Origin: a bacterium
Lineage (GTDB): Bacteria; UBA8248
Direction of reading: 5' to 3'
DNA length: 64,000 bases
NCBI GenBank assembly: GCA_963692865.2
Contig: OY843592.1
Span: 544,001-608,000, forward strand
The position numbers were made by a program, and so were the translations under genes. Below are positions 58,754 through 64,000 of this stretch, in pieces (the first letter of the stretch is position 1; every line of letters begins with the position of its first letter). The notes below the pieces were generated by a model. The model made no database searches and was not told where the DNA came from. It saw only the letters and a list, made by a program, of their open reading frames with translations.

Positions 58754-59127
58754 GAGAATTCCTGCGCGCCCTGAGACGCGGGTGCGCCCTGATGTGCCCG
58801 AGATGCCCCGAACCCCTCTTCACGGGCCCGTTCCGCATGCACGAGAGATGCCCGGGCTGCGGCTACCTCATTGAGCGCGAGCAGGGCTATTTCGTCGGCG
58901 CCATCTACGTCAACTACGCCATCACGGTCATCATCTGCTTGGGAGGCTATCTGCTCACCGAAATCTTCATCGCGCCCGGTCTCGCGACGCAGCTCGTCGT
59001 CTGGGGTGGGCTTTGCATCCTGATTCCGCTATTCTCGTTCCGCTACTCCCGCGCCATCTGGCTGAACGCGGATTATTTTTTCAGCCGGAAACTCTCACCC
59101 GAAGATGATGGGGACCTACCGAAGTGA
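58750..59127 (+). CDS. DUF983-like Zn-ribbon membrane protein
   Basis: CPRC, CPGCG, EREQGYFVGA, two TM. Confidence 0.78.
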   Translation: MREFLRALRRGCALMCPRCPEPLFTGPFRMHERCPGCGYLIEREQGYFVGAIYVNYAITVIICLGGYLLTEIFIAPGLATQLVVWGGLCILIPLFSFRYSRAIWLNADYFFSRKLSPEDDGDLPK

Positions 59128-60089
59128 ACTCAGACCTCGGCCCCGCTCTCGCCGTCCAGGGCGTTACCCACCGCTACGGCAGCCGCACAGCGCTCAAGGA
59201 CGTTCGCTTCGAGGTTTCAGCGGGAGAGATATTTGCGCTCCTGGGCCCGAACGGCGGCGGCAAGACGACTCTCTTCCGCATCATCACCACCCTCATGCGC
59301 CCCACCTCGGGCGACGCGCGAGTCTTCGGCCACTCGGTGCGCGACGCGCCCCACGCGGTGCGCAGGAAAATCGGGGTCGTCTTTCAGCAACCCGGCCTGG
59401 ACCCCAAGCTCACCGTATTTGAGAACATGATCCACCACGGGAGGCTCCACGGCCTGCTCGGGAGCACGCTGCAGGAGGCGGCCGACGCGCTCCTCGCGCA
59501 ATTCGGTCTTATCGACAGGAAAAAGGATTACGTCGAGACGCTTTCCGGCGGTCTTCAGCGCAGGGTGGAGCTCGCCAAGGCGCTCCTGCCCCGGCCCGAG
59601 ATATTGTTTCTCGACGAGCCCAGCACCGGCCTCGACCCCGGGGCCAGAATCGACTTCAGAAACGAACTCAAGCGATTGCGAAACGAGACGAATACCACGG
59701 TCGTTCTCACCACGCACTTCATCGGGGAGGCCGATCACGCGGACCGGGTGGGCGTCATCCACGAGGGGGACCTCGTCGCCATCGGCGCGCCCGACGCGCT
59801 CAAAAAAGAAGTGGGCGGGGAGGTGCTGAGCATCGAGGCGGGAGATCCCGAATCCCTGCGCGTGAAACTCGAAGCGATGTTCTCGTGTGAGGTCAGGAGC
59901 GTGGACGGCTCCCTGCGCGCCGAGATAAACGACGCCCACGCGGCCATCCCCAAGATCGCAGAAGCCTTCCCCGGCGAGGTGCGCTCCATCACGCTGGGCA
60001 AGCCCACGCTCGAGGACGTGTTCATCAACAAGACGGGAAAGCGCTTCATCGACGCGGATGCGGACCTCCCCGAGGCGCGGAAGTCATGA
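59124..60089 (+). CDS. ABC-2 exporter ATP-binding protein
   Basis: GPNGGGKT, LSGG, LDEPSTGLD, PTLEDVF. Confidence 0.92.
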   Translation: MNSDLGPALAVQGVTHRYGSRTALKDVRFEVSAGEIFALLGPNGGGKTTLFRIITTLMRPTSGDARVFGHSVRDAPHAVRRKIGVVFQQPGLDPKLTVFENMIHHGRLHGLLGSTLQEAADALLAQFGLIDRKKDYVETLSGGLQRRVELAKALLPRPEILFLDEPSTGLDPGARIDFRNELKRLRNETNTTVVLTTHFIGEADHADRVGVIHEGDLVAIGAPDALKKEVGGEVLSIEAGDPESLRVKLEAMFSCEVRSVDGSLRAEINDAHAAIPKIAEAFPGEVRSITLGKPTLEDVFINKTGKRFIDADADLPEARKS

Positions 60090-60865
60090 CGCCGTATCTG
60101 CTTTGCGCGGGCACGATATGGCAGCGCGAGATCGTGCGCTTCGTGCGCCAGCGCAGCCGCATCATCGGCGCGTTCGGCCAGCCCGTCCTGTTCTGGCTGT
60201 TGCTGGGCAGCGGCTTCGGGCGGAACTTCCGCTACGCGGGCGGCGGCGGGGAGGGCTACCTGGAATACTTCTACCCGGGCATCATCGCCATGGTGGTGCT
60301 ATTCACGGCCATATTCTCGACCTTCGCCGTGGTGGACGACAGAAAGGCCCGCTTTTTACAAGGCGTGCTCGCTGCCCCCGTTCCGCGCTCGGCCATCGTA
60401 CTGGGACAAGTCCTGGGCGGGGCGACGCTCGCGCTGCTGCAAGGCGTCCTCCTGCTCGTCGCCACGCCGCTGGCGGGCGTTCCGCTCACGCTCCAAGCCG
60501 CCCTCGCCTCGGTTCTGGTGATGGGCCTGATCGGCTTCGCCCTGACCGCGCTCGGCCTGCTTCTCGCCTGGCGGATCGAATCCACCCAGGGGTTCCACTC
60601 CATCATGAATCTCCTGCTCATCCCCTTGTGGCTGCTCTCGGGCGCGGTGTTCCCGGTCGCGGGCGCGCACCCGCTCATCGGCCTCATCATGCAGGTGAAC
60701 CCGCTCACCTACGGCGTGGCGGCTTTGAGGAGAACACTCTACCTGAGCGCGCCCGACGCCGTGGCCAACCTGCCGGGGCTCTGGATATCCCTTATCATCA
60801 TGATCGCCTTCGGCGGCGTCTGCTTCTCTCTCGCGGTGCGGACCGCCGAGCGAAGCGAGGGGTGA
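60086..60865 (+). CDS. ABC-2 exporter permease
   Basis: YFYPGI, LSGAVFP, NPLTY. Confidence 0.9.
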   Translation: MTPYLLCAGTIWQREIVRFVRQRSRIIGAFGQPVLFWLLLGSGFGRNFRYAGGGGEGYLEYFYPGIIAMVVLFTAIFSTFAVVDDRKARFLQGVLAAPVPRSAIVLGQVLGGATLALLQGVLLLVATPLAGVPLTLQAALASVLVMGLIGFALTALGLLLAWRIESTQGFHSIMNLLLIPLWLLSGAVFPVAGAHPLIGLIMQVNPLTYGVAALRRTLYLSAPDAVANLPGLWISLIIMIAFGGVCFSLAVRTAERSEG

Positions 60866-60895
60866 ACTCCGGCTGAAGAGGTTGGGAACGGAGAG

Positions 60896-61315
60896 GGGGG
60901 TTGTTGAAAAGTCCTCCTCGCTCGGAGTTGACCACCGCCGTCATTGTCGTTTCTGTTGTAGGGGACGCATATATGTGTGGGGCGGCCCTGAGGAGGGGCC
61001 GCCACCTACACAACCCTCCGAATGACGATCGTAGGGGCAGGTCGCGACCTTGGGCCGTTCACAAGAACGGCCCACTACGGTAGGCGGCGGCTCCTCCCTC
61101 CGCGGTCGGAACCGACTTCTTGGGACCCACGACGAATTTGGTTTTCGTTCGTCATTCCGGCGAAAGCCGGAATCCATTTGCGGGTGTGGATGAATGAAAG
61201 ACGGCGTTTCACTCCCCGCCGATGCGCAGGAACCCTGACGAAAGGCGTAAAATGGATTCCGGCTTTCGCCGGAATGACGGCAACCCCTCCCACATCGAGG
61301 TATTTCGACAACCCC
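60896..61315. mobile_element. Family D shell with GTAG REPs and family A pair
   Basis: Ends GGGGTTGTTGAAAA / TTTCGACAACCCC; 61151-61278 matches 36120-36255 inverted. Confidence 0.72.
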
Positions 61316-61362
61316 GAAGGCGCCGCATCATCATCGACGCGGGATCATCCCCGGCTAAACCC

Positions 61363-61686
61363 TCAGCGCAGTTCGTTCACGTACCTCGCCACGTTCTCGA
61401 TCGCCTCTCCCCGGATATAGGGCAGGGCGGGCATCTTGTTCCGGCCCCGGCGGACGACCTCTTTGATATAGGCGGGAGGCAGCGCGCGGCCGCGCAGGGG
61501 ATTTCCCAACCCTCCTTTCCCCTCGCCGCGCGCTCCGTGGCAGGCGGCGCAGGTCTGCGCGAAGAGCGCCGCGCCGTCTCCGGTGGTGAGGATCGTTTCT
61601 TCCTGCGGCGGGTTCTGGAAGATGAGCAGAAAAACGACGAGCGCGCCGCCAAGGAGGACGAACGAGGCGGCGACCCACTTGTCCAA
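61363..61686 (-). CDS. Membrane-anchored monoheme cytochrome c
   Basis: N-terminal TM, CAACH, GRNKMP axial Met. Confidence 0.87.
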   Translation of the reverse strand: MDKWVAASFVLLGGALVVFLLIFQNPPQEETILTTGDGAALFAQTCAACHGARGEGKGGLGNPLRGRALPPAYIKEVVRRGRNKMPALPYIRGEAIENVARYVNELR

Positions 61687-61706
61687 ACTCAGAATGTCCC
61701 TACGCT

Positions 61707-63020
61707 TTATTCGTTCAATGGGAGCGGCCTGTGAAGGAACATCCGCGCATCGGCACCCTCATAGTCCGATACCAGGTGGCCGTTTCCCTCTAGCTGGTAC
61801 TTGTACGTCACCAGGCCCTCGAGGCCGACCGGGCCGCGCGCGTGAATCTTGTCCGTGGCGATTCCCACCTCCGCGCCGAAGCCGTAACGGAAGCCGTCCG
61901 CCAGGCGCGTGGACGCGTTCCACATGACGCTGGCGGCGTCGACTCTGGAGAGAAACGTCCGCGCCGCCGCTTCATCCGCCGTGACGATGGCGTCGGTGTG
62001 GCGCGAGCCGTAGCGGTTGATGTGATCGACGGCCTCTTCGAGTGATTCCACCACCCGGACGGATAGGATCAAGTCCAGATATTCCGTCTCCCAGTCCTCT
62101 TCCGAAACCGCGCCCGCGCTCGCAAGAATCGCCCGCGTGGCGTCGCAGCCCCGGATGGCGACCCCCTTCTCCGCAAGCGCCTCGGCGGCCCGCGGGAGGA
62201 ACTCGCCCGCTTTTTTCTCATGCACCAGGAGCGTCTCGATGGCGTTGCAGACGGCGGGGTACTGCGTCTTGGCGTCGAACGTCAGACGCACGGCCATCCC
62301 GGTGTCGGCCGCCTCGTCCACGTAGAGGTGACAGATGCCGTCCGCGTGGCCGAGCACCGGTATGTTCGAGTGCTCCTTGATGTAGCGGACGAACTCGTTG
62401 CTCCCGCGCGGTATGAGCAGGTCGACCGCATCGTCGCGCGACAGGAGCGCCTGCACGTCTTCTCGCGCCTCGACGAGTTGGAGCGCGTCGGCGGGAACCT
62501 CGCCCGTCGATGACGCCGCATCCCTCAAAAGTTCCGAGACGAGTCGGTTCGTGCGCGCGGCCTCGCGGCCCCCTTTCAGGATGGCGGCGTTGCCGGATTT
62601 GATGCAAAGCGAGGCGATCTGCACGAGCGCGTCGGGCCGGGATTCGAACACGGCGGCGACCACGCCCAAGGGGCACGTGACCCGCCTGAGCGTCAACTCC
62701 TCATCGAGCAGCGTCGCCATGCGCGCCACGCCCAGGGGGTCGGGCAGGGCGGCCACCGCGCGCACGCCGTCCGCGATCTGCGCCACCTTGCGCTCGCTCA
62801 GTTCCAGGCGTCTCAGCAAAGGCTCGGACATCTCCCCGCTCGCGACGAGCGGCTCCGCCGCGGCGGCGTCTTCCGCGTTTGCTTCGAGAATCCGCACCGC
62901 GTTCCCGTCAATCGCGTCCGCCATGGCGGCCAGGGCGCGATTCCGCGCCTCGTTCGTCAGGGGCGCCAGCGCGAGCGCGGCGCTCCTCGCCGCAAGGCAT
63001 ATGGCGTTGATGTCGCTCAA
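61707..63020 (-). CDS. proA: Gamma-glutamyl phosphate reductase
   Basis: FESRPD, LKGGREA, VCNAIETLL, NASTRLADGFRYGFGAEVGI..HARGPVG. Confidence 0.95.
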   Translation of the reverse strand: MSDINAICLAARSAALALAPLTNEARNRALAAMADAIDGNAVRILEANAEDAAAAEPLVASGEMSEPLLRRLELSERKVAQIADGVRAVAALPDPLGVARMATLLDEELTLRRVTCPLGVVAAVFESRPDALVQIASLCIKSGNAAILKGGREAARTNRLVSELLRDAASSTGEVPADALQLVEAREDVQALLSRDDAVDLLIPRGSNEFVRYIKEHSNIPVLGHADGICHLYVDEAADTGMAVRLTFDAKTQYPAVCNAIETLLVHEKKAGEFLPRAAEALAEKGVAIRGCDATRAILASAGAVSEEDWETEYLDLILSVRVVESLEEAVDHINRYGSRHTDAIVTADEAAARTFLSRVDAASVMWNASTRLADGFRYGFGAEVGIATDKIHARGPVGLEGLVTYKYQLEGNGHLVSDYEGADARMFLHRPLPLNE

Positions 63021-63093
63021 ATCGAGGCTCCCTCATCAATTCTAAAAGACCGGCTGTGGATTATAGGCCGGGGCGAAACGACCGGCAAACGAT

Positions 63094-63990
63094 TCAGGTT
63101 TTTCTCTTCTTCCATTCCTCGCAGCGCCGCTCGACGTAATCGAGGATAACGGGCGCCACCTCGGGGCCGCCGGCGCGCTCCACGCCCTCGAAGCCGGGTG
63201 CGGCGTTCACCTCCAGAACCAGCGGGCCCTTTTTCGTCTCCAGCAGGTCGACGCCCGCGATTTCAAGCCCGCACAACTTCGCGGCGCTTATGGCGAGTCC
63301 CGCCGCTCTCTTTGTGGGGATGGTTTTTTTCACCGAACCTCCTTGGTGCAGGTTCGTGCGAAACTCATCCCCGGAGGCGCGCCTTCTCACGGCGGCCGCT
63401 ACTTCGCCGCCCACGACGATGATCCGCAAATCCCCCTTCCTGGCTTCCTCGACGTATTCCTGGACGATGGCGTCGCGCTGCAGATTCCACATCACCTCGG
63501 AGATGGCCTGCGCTTCTTCAGCATCGTGGGCGCGCATGACGCCCTTGCCCTGCGTGCCGCGAGGCAGCTTCATGACGACTGGCGCGCCGCCCACGCTGTC
63601 GAGCGCCGCCCGCAGATACGCCGGATCGGGCGCGAACGCCGTTTTCGGCACCGGGAGTCCGTTTTGCGCCAGAAGCTGAAGAGTGCGCAGCTTGTCCCGC
63701 GCCGTCTCTATCGCGCGCGAGTTGTTGACGACCAGCGCGCCGGAGGCTTCCAGATGACGGATGAGGGCCAGGGAATGCTCGGAGATGTTCGCCCCCAGGC
63801 GCGGAAGATATACGTCCGCCCCCGCGAAGGGCTTCTCCCTGAATTCGAGCGATATCTCCCCCGCGCTGAGCTTCAGCAGGAAGCGGTACGGATCGAGCAC
63901 GCGCACCCGGTGCTTTCTCCGCCTGGCGGCCTCCGAGATTCTGCGCACGCCGTGCAAGGTCGCATCGCGGCAAAGGATTCCGATTCTCAC
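63094..63990 (-). CDS. rimK: RimK-family alpha-L-glutamate ligase
   Basis: RDKLRTLQLL, GTQGKGV, QEYVEE, FRTNLHQGG, GVDLL, EVNAAPG. Confidence 0.85.
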   Translation of the reverse strand: MRIGILCRDATLHGVRRISEAARRRKHRVRVLDPYRFLLKLSAGEISLEFREKPFAGADVYLPRLGANISEHSLALIRHLEASGALVVNNSRAIETARDKLRTLQLLAQNGLPVPKTAFAPDPAYLRAALDSVGGAPVVMKLPRGTQGKGVMRAHDAEEAQAISEVMWNLQRDAIVQEYVEEARKGDLRIIVVGGEVAAAVRRRASGDEFRTNLHQGGSVKKTIPTKRAAGLAISAAKLCGLEIAGVDLLETKKGPLVLEVNAAPGFEGVERAGGPEVAPVILDYVERRCEEWKKRKT

Positions 63991-64000
63991 CCCTCACTCC

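Overview
GC-rich bacterial chromosomal window with about 55 protein genes. It holds catabolic and transport genes (hydantoinase/oxoprolinase A+B, SDR, hydrolases, class IV aminotransferase, ABC, TAXI-TRAP, SSS, RND), housekeeping genes (rimO, queG, thyX, proA, rimK, csaA, tRNA-Arg-ACG) and a complete A1-type cytochrome c oxidase operon. Many intergenic spaces are filled with a nested mosaic of at least five REP/MITE-like repeat families, although no transposase is present. The ORF track misses several things. (1) A PrdB/GrdB-like selenoprotein read through an in-frame UGA (U-x-x-C motif plus a candidate SECIS). (2) A hicBA toxin-antitoxin pair in which both genes carry a premature TAA. (3) A gene-poor island at about 26.1-27.0 kb with consensus-like promoters, a 115-nt rod-like hairpin and two tandem hairpin cassettes whose 15-bp closing stems co-vary around different inserts. 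This island is the best candidate for an undescribed non-coding RNA system. (4) Two micro-proteins in the cox operon. All calls come from motif recognition by eye; no searches were run.
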